The notes under the pieces: generated by a model
The model's input: the letters and a program-made list of their open reading frames with translations, nothing else
Database searches by the model: none
Told to the model about the DNA's origin: nothing
DNA from: a virus
IMG/VR virus record: IMGVR_UViG_3300045988_112927
Coordinates: 1 to 56,518 of that record
DNA length: 56,518 nt
Direction: 5' to 3' (one strand)
Shown: positions 27,501 through 34,900 of the stretch, in pieces
Position numbering within the stretch: the stretch's first letter is position 1
Layout of the letters: every line of letters begins with the position of its first letter
Translations under genes and position numbers: made by a program

Positions 27501-28995
27501 CATTGTTATACCAGTTGAAATCTTCAAAAGTAGCTTTAATATTACCATCTTTTGTAGTCCAAATCTGTCTGTTAACAACTGATTCATTGTTTGAACGTCC
27601 TCTTGACTCGAATTCAAGTTTCAAGTAATCCTGTTTTACAGGCTCCATTGTACGGTTAGGGTCCTGAGACACCATGAATGAAATGCTTCTTTCAACATCG
27701 CCGCAACCAATAGAGTATCTATTAACCATATCAAGGTCAGCATCTGTGATTTCAAAATAATTCCACTTGTCTAATGAAGAGGTATTGATATCACGAGGTG
27801 AACTTGCAATTTCAGTTCCGTTTTTCTTTAAGGTAATACGAGCACTTGCAGTATTAGCAGGGTCATATACTAAGAAAGGAATCTTAATTGGGTCATAGTT
27901 ATAATACTCACTCTGATAATTACCTAACCAGATAACTGGCTCAGTGTTTCCAGCTTCGAATACACCAATCTCGAATTCGATTGGGTCTACCATAATTCCC
28001 TCTGTCCATTTACCGCTTACTACGATTGCTTGCCATAATTCAATACGAATCTTGTGAGAACCATGAGTAGCAACAGATGAAGGAACCATATAACTCTGAT
28101 AGTTTTCAGCACTAGCAGTTAACTGCTTTGTAGCAATAAGCTGGTCATCAAAGTAATATTTCAAAATCTTATTCATAGCACCAATAGCATTACATTGTAA
28201 CTGTACTGTTGTTGGTGTGTAACGATTCAATGCTGAGAAGTTTGCGCTCTGGGTTAAAACTAACTGAGAAGTTACAACTTCAATATTCTTTGAAGTAGAC
28301 TCTCCGGAGTTTACGCCGGCCGCATACATAGTTAATCTTGTGGTTGTATCTGCTCTTAAATGACTTCCTAAATCGAAAGTTGAATTAACGCCAGATTGAA
28401 CATCCAAAATACCCTGTGCATATAAAGTATATGCAGTACCAGATTTTGCTTCCAATGTCCAGTGAACTGTTAATTTATCGTCCATTTGAGAACCATCAAC
28501 ATCAACACCAGAAGTAGCTAAGAATGAAATTGCAATAGCTTGACCATTAATCAAGTTTGAAGTCTCTGGTGACTTAATCTGAATACCAATTTTCTTGGCA
28601 AAGCTTGCGCCACCACCTCCGCCGCCGCTACCACCGGAACCACTAACAGACATAAGTGTACAAATCATAATTCTTTCTTCGGCATTTACTTCTTGTACAC
28701 GATAAAAAATTCCGTCTTGATTAAGAATTAAATCTCCCTCTTTTGGAGTAATATCCTCTTCTAAGTGGTCGAATTCTAAAGTGTATAAAGAGTATTCATC
28801 AGGTTCGATTGTAGGAGCATTACCATATAATAAAGCAACGCCACTTCCACCCATGGCTACTCTTGTATCCATATCAAGGTCGAAATAAATTTTTCCCGTA
28901 TCAGATGCGAAATAAACATAACCAGGGTTCTTACCAGTACTCTGGATTTGAGCATCTGTGCCTGTGACAGGTCTAAATCTTGTCTTATCTGTCAT
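21535..28995 (-). CDS. giant fibre/adhesin-like structural protein (2486 aa) with C-terminal Listeria-Bacteroides repeats and BspA-type LRRs
   Basis: The N-terminal module is RPVTGTDAQIQSTGKNPGYVYFASDTGKIYFD, shared with other fibres. A Gly-rich linker GSGGSGGGGGGAS follows. The C-terminus contains two Y.F.GW...FY(A/G)(I/V)F repeats (Flg_new-like). It also has IP.SV.YIG..AF, LPKSVTYLGESCFSQCSYL and LTYIDNYVFSGA segments (LRR_5/BspA-like). Confidence 0.7.
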   Translation of the reverse strand: MTDKTRFRPVTGTDAQIQSTGKNPGYVYFASDTGKIYFDLDMDTRVAMGGSGVALLYGNAPTIEPDEYSLYTLEFDHLEEDITPKEGDLILNQDGIFYRVQEVNAEERIMICTLMSVSGSGGSGGGGGGASFAKKIGIQIKSPETSNLINGQAIAISFLATSGVDVDGSQMDDKLTVHWTLEAKSGTAYTLYAQGILDVQSGVNSTFDLGSHLRADTTTRLTMYAAGVNSGESTSKNIEVVTSQLVLTQSANFSALNRYTPTTVQLQCNAIGAMNKILKYYFDDQLIATKQLTASAENYQSYMVPSSVATHGSHKIRIELWQAIVVSGKWTEGIMVDPIEFEIGVFEAGNTEPVIWLGNYQSEYYNYDPIKIPFLVYDPANTASARITLKKNGTEIASSPRDINTSSLDKWNYFEITDADLDMVNRYSIGCGDVERSISFMVSQDPNRTMEPVKQDYLKLEFESRGRSNNESVVNRQIWTTKDGNIKATFEDFNWYNNGWVLDDDNNTCLRISNGAKFSIPLGAMTFASTDSSKQSNSIEVQFKVRNVQDYSNLIHNVTRYKSDDKFYTAFKAQSKYSNYDAFLQYYLPIYELDVDETRVEYDSLEFDYVQKEISLDRVICGYYSGDENSAVGFALGPQDAFFSNGTNTVNVNYVEDKMVNISMVYSHTSKLMYIYINGVITGVIKSTVAGQFIINSAAMVFNSNYCDIDLYKIRVYNTDLNVNDIVTNYSVDLRDVTMYDQNKLAEENLAINEYQFNYTNMIKYNEDHPDAPIMPYIIFDTTNTNNNDKLSYSKKTKLSIGVEFVNTGLDRAYASGELEELAKADGLFTDKSTAEEKEAAVKLYYKHHCPSWKGENIEMAVQGTSSEFYPRRNYKIKTKTKYDADEQERIHIFLNRGPWAQTYLDDQEKIANKEIELGDEESRQSYWYLDNYTNGTNKWTMKVDFMESSGSYNGGFANLVYNAYSKHPLQDYVAAGALSNTDELKSSVTGEINWNEYRTSVQGFPVLAFHKKSDGSYQFIGLYRMLLDKGSDECYGFKPSKKVTANYLDGKKVRDIVECWEFSNNNRGFCSFRDPWGRMELSFKAPSGVANEFTSAKAPIVADHVEYRYNSNEDALDVLYAMNEAKPDDIAAIVEEYGEEYYFDPSAGEYEGGRNLLYKLYENWEKVNKWVWSTNTDMVPSQGTYEEVNVGNTLYVPGTYYIFTEDGQYVLSDDDYVFNQVYYKYDSSTQSYVNAYAVDSTLMYEANKFYELVNGSYVLRSEQDFDNSCAYYRLVEDDSYKSKTDLIVKICEDSYFTEGKTYYNYDGSQTEAGKCVTVAEVTSANYEPGKFYEAIQVKYGNKTYTHDTKEYRAAKFVNELADHFDIEYLATYFIMTEVFECYDSRGKNAMWASWGPQKAGGDYVWYPIFYDIDTQLGINNTGIPSFEYNVDATEAGNYSTSDSVLWNNFYKYFKDSYILMKYKHLKGVTNNVSWSQLKNAPLYSIDRIEGWYKFDPKVTGCIAMRGERPLIATNLDEYYKYITITNSKGYKDGTTGHISSDTTGTYTYDANGTYFYALQGDRSLSRQQFLTNRIEYIDSWLNQGNYQRGGANRIRGRVAANNATKTSDIWVETSGAPYYGADGKKTNLFDAEYWLNLTPIRSSYVTVSDDNEAYPSKKYDGINPVKFNIDAIENGVRKSNNYPEQLLYVYGLNQMADLGDMSNLYWQEFEISGDASKLTTLKMGYDGLMEVPEGVDVSGNNTVVTVDGKNYYTWYNNKVNQPSIPAGRDATGMPLLKEVNFCNITINTGTPVLDLTSCEKLQNFRATGSNFTDISFADGVALNTLYLPTSITRLSLTEANLLTHLITEYHYPEANAHGELVAEKGLYLQGMFEGEGTTSISTLSLLGGALGYDSYKLLKKYFDLRSKQTAQYSQIAMTKVNWSPYVQLVEGDVYDSSAKYFVDNGHYGFSEYTYNASTFDIQVLNGELYRLDETISDEDINQIADVEMFKEFITNGLYISTNEGSTIPNITGIMYVANDEAIDELWVRNTLVKNFPGLTVFFKTVTPANSARFILQEDDGTWNYVPNKDANNTEPSVQKIGSGEWFTNPYEIYAPVKDNYDFHGWSTTNDMSGLIASASASAEEQAAAWNALKLESGKTDYTFYAIFTVHKWTIEYMAGANESSMTTWYSENITHGEVLSAPSIIPSIPEDDLGDEERYRFLGWTQNIKQLIVTNENEAKLVNISSILATQNTQFYGVFLKESVYASATDSKYFDFIEYDFEDPLTGVITSGYRLQPNISLSGKVTLPTTYNNKPVISIAGFQASPVTHVFWDGTPQVLEVARMTFQNLTSLKYFDLPKSVTYLGESCFSQCSYLAPLNFSNSSLTYIDNYVFSGALRSSTTVTLNIPASVEYIGAQAFAYSSGIGNGNEPAFVVNFGKKGAPTRIADFGTQPFAQNRTRKIMTVTFFGDVSDAVKARVEAEILPSLAVDSSGSTIVGTISYVSA

Positions 28996-29032
28996 TACGG
29001 TTTATATCTCCTTTCTATCTTTGTCTAAAATA

Positions 29033-29073
29033 AGAAAAAGCGGAAGAGAAGCGAAAAACACTTCTCTTCCGCT
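29033..29073 (-). terminator. rho-independent terminator (minus strand) after the 597-aa gene
   Basis: AGCGGAAGAGAAG (29039-29051) pairs with CTTCTCTTCCGCT (29061-29073), with a 9-nt loop. The A5 run at 29035-29039 gives a U-tract on the minus strand. Confidence 0.6.
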
Positions 29074-29112
29074 CCAAACTCTCTAAATAAAATAAAATTT
29101 AAAGATTAGTGA

Positions 29113-30906
29113 TTAACTGAAGCTGCCCCAAACTAACTCGATTTTTAATCCCTCCGCAGTTGTGGAGCTAGAGCTTGTGATACCATTAGTATCATCTTCC
29201 GTAATTTTTAATGATTCACTACTGAAAGCCACTCTACTTGTAACTGTCATTTCTGCTCCACTAGGTGCGGTGAATCCCATAGTATCCGCGATTATACCAA
29301 CAGATTTACCATTCTTAGTATAAACAGAAGTTGCATATGCGTTACTTGATAAATGACCACTTCTATCTTGAATCTTATATTTCTTTACAGTAATTCCAGT
29401 AACGTGTCCAGAAGAATCTGAAGTTACACCTGTTACTACTGGGATTACTACTTGAGTTCCAAAGTTATCATAAGCACCGACTTTGATTGCTGACATAGAA
29501 ATTTCAGTCGTAGCAACATCATCAGTACGAGTTACACTACCATGCTTGATAGTTAATGTCTCTTGGTAACCTTTTGTACCAGCAATAGCACTACTTGCTT
29601 TATCAATTACGATATGTGCAGTAGTATCACCTTTAATCTGTAAAACACCAGTTTCCTGATTGTTTTGATTCTGTAATGAAATACCACCACCATTTGTTAC
29701 AGACTCACTTACAAAATGATAAGTTGTATCTGTGTCAGCAGTAGATTCTACTACATCAAACGATAAAGTCGCTGTTGTAATATAACCACTAGCATCCTCA
29801 GTACCTTTAGCAATCAATAAAGTTCCAACAGTAAGTTTAGTTGAACCATCAACTGAAACTCCATCAGAACATACTAAAAATACATCACCAATAGAACACT
29901 GCACTACTGTTGAACCATTATATACAGTTGTTACTTTTGTAGTAGTATTATAATTAACTCTCGTAGCTACTGAACCGCCAGTACCAATAGTACCACGATA
30001 TGTCATGGCATTTAATGCTTTTAATGTATCAGCAATATCAGCTTTAGAATATACATCTAAAGTAGCTACACCATTAACAAAATCAACTTCTGTATTATTG
30101 TTACCATATTTAATCTTAGGTCTAAAGTTTTCACTTACAGTATGATTATGGTTATCCTTAATAGAAATATCAAAACCAGTAGTACCTTCGATTGAAATAC
30201 TTGCGTTCTTGCTATCTTTAGCAGCAACTTCTACATTACCATTTTTAACTGTAAAAGTTACATTACTCCCGCTTTCACCGGTAAAAGTACCTGGAATAAA
30301 ATTGAAATCACTATTATGATTTTCGTCAGAAGTTAACTTTACTTTTGCGCCAGTGCCATCTTGCTCTGCGCTGATAGCGTATTGGTCTCCAGTAATTGTA
30401 ATTACATGGCAATCAACACCATTAATTTGAGTTGTTGCAACATCAACTTTAATGCCATTCGCACCATCAAATTCTAAGTAATCACTTTCTACCTGAGTTG
30501 TCTGTCCACCTGGAGTCTTATTATATACAACATTATTGATTCGGATTTTATCATCTGAAATTTCAGCAACTACGAATTCAATAGCGTCTACATAAGTGTC
30601 TGGGTTAATTTGTGCCCATACAGAACCATTAAATACACAAAGAATGTTCTGACTTGAAACATAATAAAAACGTCCCGCATAAGCCGCTTTATTAGCACTC
30701 GTAATATTAGGCAAGTCACTAATATTAGTAACTGTAATAACACCCTCATTTACCGGTGCGATTGATGTATCGTCATTACCAATGTATAATCTATGTGTAT
30801 CAGAGGTTAAATAGAAACTACCAGGAGTTGCACCAGCAGAAGCACCTTGTGCAATTAAGGCATCTACAGCAGATTGTAGACCAAGTTTAAAACCTACATT
30901 AGCCAT
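29113..30906 (-). CDS. fibre-like structural protein (597 aa)
   Basis: The N-terminus MANVGFKL...GSFYLTSDTHRLYIGND is the shared fibre N-module. The remainder is Thr/Gly/Val-rich with repeated beta-sandwich-like segments. Confidence 0.55.
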   Translation of the reverse strand: MANVGFKLGLQSAVDALIAQGASAGATPGSFYLTSDTHRLYIGNDDTSIAPVNEGVITVTNISDLPNITSANKAAYAGRFYYVSSQNILCVFNGSVWAQINPDTYVDAIEFVVAEISDDKIRINNVVYNKTPGGQTTQVESDYLEFDGANGIKVDVATTQINGVDCHVITITGDQYAISAEQDGTGAKVKLTSDENHNSDFNFIPGTFTGESGSNVTFTVKNGNVEVAAKDSKNASISIEGTTGFDISIKDNHNHTVSENFRPKIKYGNNNTEVDFVNGVATLDVYSKADIADTLKALNAMTYRGTIGTGGSVATRVNYNTTTKVTTVYNGSTVVQCSIGDVFLVCSDGVSVDGSTKLTVGTLLIAKGTEDASGYITTATLSFDVVESTADTDTTYHFVSESVTNGGGISLQNQNNQETGVLQIKGDTTAHIVIDKASSAIAGTKGYQETLTIKHGSVTRTDDVATTEISMSAIKVGAYDNFGTQVVIPVVTGVTSDSSGHVTGITVKKYKIQDRSGHLSSNAYATSVYTKNGKSVGIIADTMGFTAPSGAEMTVTSRVAFSSESLKITEDDTNGITSSSSTTAEGLKIELVWGSFS

Positions 30907-30929
30907 ATAATATTTTTACTCCTTTCTTA

Positions 30930-31862
30930 TTAAACTGTTTCTTCTTCAACCATATCTTGCCATTTAAGCAATGCTTTTAAAGTTTCAACATCAATACCTA
31001 AATCATTCAATCCCTGGTCTAAGTCTGCAATATCAGCAATAGCTTTATTAAGACTCCCAGTTAAGGTATTCATTTTAACAATTAAACCTGTTGAAGAATT
31101 ATTTATTGCATCATCTAAATTCCCAACTTGTGTTATTAAGCCAGGTGTTCCATCCGCAGCGTCGTATAAAACTTCTTCATGTTTATTTACTTTAACAACG
31201 ATATCTGCGATGTTAATTGCAGAATCATGTTCATTAATCCAATCTGCAATTTCTTTTAAAGTATCAAAGCTTTCTGGAGCATCTGAGACTATTTTTGCAA
31301 CTGCTTCATCTACAATATCAGTAGCGATATCTACGATTGTACCAGTCTTTCCACCTCTTAAAAGAGCTAACTCATCTTTCCAAGCCTGCGCATTTTTAGC
31401 TACAGTATCAGTTAAATTGTCTAATTCTTTTTCAACGTCTTCAGTAGGATTTGACCATGTTCCGTCACCTTGTAAATACATGTCTTGCTGTCCAGCCAAT
31501 GGAACTGGTACTAGACCAGACTGACCATTTGAATCGGCTGTGGCACCAATCATTACATCTACAATAATAGCAAAAACTTCTTGAAGTGTTTTATTCTCCC
31601 AATTACCAGTAGCCCCATTGTAAACCAAAAGGGAATTAGTAGGGATACCTTCAGAAATTAAAACGCCTTCCAAATCTTTAATATGAGTCGCTGAATCTCC
31701 ATCAGCAATTAACTTAGAGCCTAAGTATAATTTACCTTTTTCAGAGCCAGGTTCAGAAATAAAATAAAGAGTATCGCTATCTTTACTTTCGATGGATTGC
31801 CAAGCAGCTGGAGTTCCACGTAAGAACTTTACATAATTACCATATTTTGTTGTATAAGCCAA
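30930..31862 (-). CDS. short fibre protein (310 aa): shared N-terminal module plus a C-terminal domain paralogous to the C-terminus of the 1884-aa protein
   Basis: The N-terminus is KFLRGTPAAWQS...DTLYFISE..GSEKGKLYLGSKLIADG. The C-terminus is SFDTLKEIADWINEHD, parallel to FDTIKEIADWLESND of ORF 31965-37619. The start codon is TTG, served by AAGGAGG with 9-nt spacing. Confidence 0.55.
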   Translation of the reverse strand: MAYTTKYGNYVKFLRGTPAAWQSIESKDSDTLYFISEPGSEKGKLYLGSKLIADGDSATHIKDLEGVLISEGIPTNSLLVYNGATGNWENKTLQEVFAIIVDVMIGATADSNGQSGLVPVPLAGQQDMYLQGDGTWSNPTEDVEKELDNLTDTVAKNAQAWKDELALLRGGKTGTIVDIATDIVDEAVAKIVSDAPESFDTLKEIADWINEHDSAINIADIVVKVNKHEEVLYDAADGTPGLITQVGNLDDAINNSSTGLIVKMNTLTGSLNKAIADIADLDQGLNDLGIDVETLKALLKWQDMVEEETV

Positions 31863-31926
31863 AATATTTTACCTCCTTTACTAAGCCTTTCCTATGTATA
31901 TATAAAAAATATCTCCTTTAAATTAC

Positions 31927-31966
31927 ACAAACCTGGCCTATATAGACCAGGTTTGTTTATTTAATT
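31927..31966. terminator. hairpin with flanking A/T tracts immediately downstream of the 1884-aa gene stop
   Basis: ACAAACCTGG (31927-31936) pairs with CCAGGTTTGT (31947-31956). One extra C-G pair is interrupted by a mismatch. TTTATTTAATT follows on the + strand and AAATTA precedes. Confidence 0.45.
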
Positions 31967-34900
31967 AAGCTTCAAGTGTTGCGATACGCTCTTCTAATTG
32001 AGCAACCTTTTGGAATAGCCAAACAATTGTTTTATCTGCATTTTCATCAAAATCTGCAGGCACTTCATATACTAAGTTATCATCAGTTGAAGTTACGAAA
32101 TCTCCAACTGTTGGTAAAGCTTTTCTTGTTACAGAAATCTTACCATCAGTTTCAGAAACGCTTGATACATATTTTCCAGTTTGTTCAGAGTCAGTAACAT
32201 CAAGTCCATTAATAGCGTCTTTAATTTGCTTTTTAATAGAGCCGGTAGTGTTAGCATCACCATTTAATACTGCGATAGCATCAATAACTCCATCTGCGCC
32301 AGAGTCATTACTCTCTAACCAATCAGCAATTTCTTTGATAGTATCAAATGCGGCATTAATATTCTCGCCACCAAGTAAATCTCTAATAGCTTGCGCTCTT
32401 GCATTCTCTTCATCATTGATTTGAGTTTGCAGTTTACTTAAAGCTTCAGCTAAAGTATCGGTAGCAGCGACATCCGCATTATCTGTCTTCTTAGTATATC
32501 CTGTAAGAGTTAATGAACTTAAATTCTTACGAGTTGTACTTAAAGCACCAGTAGATTCAACAAAAGCTAATTGAGTGATAACATCTGCGCCAGTTGCATT
32601 TGCATCTGTAAGACTTCCTTTTGGAATTGTTACAGTATGAGTTTCACCTTTGAACTTATGTCCTTTTGAATCAAAATACCAATCTTCAATAGTAAATGTT
32701 TCACCAAATTTAGGTGTTGCATTTGACTTTGAAGTATAAGTAGAAGATACTGGACCAATATGTTCAAACTTAGCTTTTCCATCACTTACTGTTGGTTTTA
32801 ACCAAGAATCACCCTCGAATACAAAGGTATCTTGAGTATTCTTTGCTGTTGATTTACCAACTGTTGCGTTTGAATCTGTAAATACTTTATATCCATAAGG
32901 TAAAGTAACAGTATTTTCATTTACCTTAGTTACATGTCCTTTTTCATCTCTCTCAAGAGTTTCAAGAACGATTGTATCGCCATTATCGTTTACATTAGAT
33001 GTAGAAGTTGTATCATCCACTTTCTTAGGATAATCATGGCTGTATACTACTTTGTCTTTTGTAACTGTTGCTGTCAACCACTCATCTGAACTAAAAGTAA
33101 GAGTATCAAATGTAGCAGTTGCGGCAGTGTTTCCAGAGTCACCAATAATCTTACCATAACCAAAAGGCATTGTTAATGTCTTTGTATCATGACTTACATA
33201 ATGACCTGCCTTATCAAATGTGTATGTAGGAATAGCAAATGTAATATTCTTACTTTCTTCACTTGATAAGCTTGCACTTGATGTGCTTGAAGATGTATCG
33301 TGGATATCGTGCGAAATCTTCAAACTGTCATTGTCTTTATCAGTATCAATTCTAATCCACTTATTACCTGAGTTAATACTCAATACGTCTTGAGTATTAT
33401 CAGCTACAACATCATTCTTTACAACATTATCTGCTGTATTTACAGTTTCATCTGTACTGCGTCCATTTGTTTTGATAGTTTTGAAACCATATGGCAATGT
33501 AAAAGTTTCTTCATGCTTTCCAACCATATGACCCATATCATCAATTAATGGAGTTAATAAAGTTAATTTATCTGTTGCTAAAGATGAAGCAATTCCATCC
33601 GTATTTAAGTTTGTAGCATGAGATGTATCTTTAACTTTTTGGAAGTTATGGTGAATAGTAATTAAAGGATTGGTAATAGTACCATCGATATTTACTGTCA
33701 ACCATTGTTTATACATATCTTCCACAGTATCTGCTACTTTAGCAAATTTATCTGCGGCCACGCCCTTACGGTCGGAATCAAGAGCCTTAGTAGTCTTAGA
33801 AGTTGCGGTCTGGTCAGTACTCCAGTCCATACCTCTTACTCTACCATAGTTATCTACTGCTAAGAATTTCTCTGGAGCTAATTCATGGAATCTAGCAATT
33901 AAGTCTTGCATCTTATTGATAGTTCCTTGAACAGTAGAATCATCTCTAGTGTATTTATCTCCTGCGAGTAACATCTGGTTAATCTTAACAATTAAACCAT
34001 GGATTGTATTAAGGCCTCGCGCAAAATCCTTTAAAGGAACAAGTTCCCAAGTTTCAGCTCTCTTTGCTAATGTTACAGTTGAAGGAACTTCTAAGATATT
34101 ACTATCCCATTCAGAGCCTTTCTCATATACACCAGCTTTATCCTCTAAGATATAGTATTTATCTTCTTTATAGAATTCATCTATATCTTCAGGCATTTCA
34201 ATATCACGAACTAATTCATATTCTCCAGTAATAGGATTCTTAGTGTAATATTCTCCTGGTTCGTAGAAGGTTCTTCCACTTAAATCAACAAGAGTAGCAC
34301 TTTCAATCTTACAATATTCATTATGCGTTTTAGTTAAATAATTATCTAAAACATAACTATTATTATTTGTTATATAATGATAAATATGAGGAGTATAGAA
34401 AGCTGATTGAACCATTAAAGCAAAGTTTAATTTATTCTTATCAGAATCTGTTGTCGCAATATATGGATGATTGTTTGTAAGTTTATCTCTCATACCAAAA
34501 GCATAGAACTGTTGGTCTGGATTTGATGGGTCAATTTCCTGCATTGTTACAGGATAATAACCTAAGAATTTCTTTTCTTCATCATACTTCTTAAAGAAGA
34601 AAGTATTTTTTACAAAAGGAGTTAAATTTAATTGATTCTCAGTATCAATTTCAACTTGGTCTTCTGCTGGTGTATAGATAATCTGTTCAACAGCATACTC
34701 GGTTGAAGCTGAAATTGTTTCATCAGCACTTACTTCAACATAATCAAATTTTCCTTTATCATCGCTTGCAGCGCCATTTGCAGAATATACCTTTTTATAC
34801 ACTCTATTGTTTGTAATCAAAAGAGTAGGTACGTCTCTATAGCTTACAGATATAAAGTAAACTTGTTTTACATATCCAATATTCTCTTCTTCTTTGTCCT

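Noticed and set aside
12244-28995. Diversity-generating retroelement targeting a fibre C-terminus
   Set aside because: No reverse transcriptase gene and no obvious template/variable repeat pair are visible in this window. It cannot be excluded for the rest of the genome.
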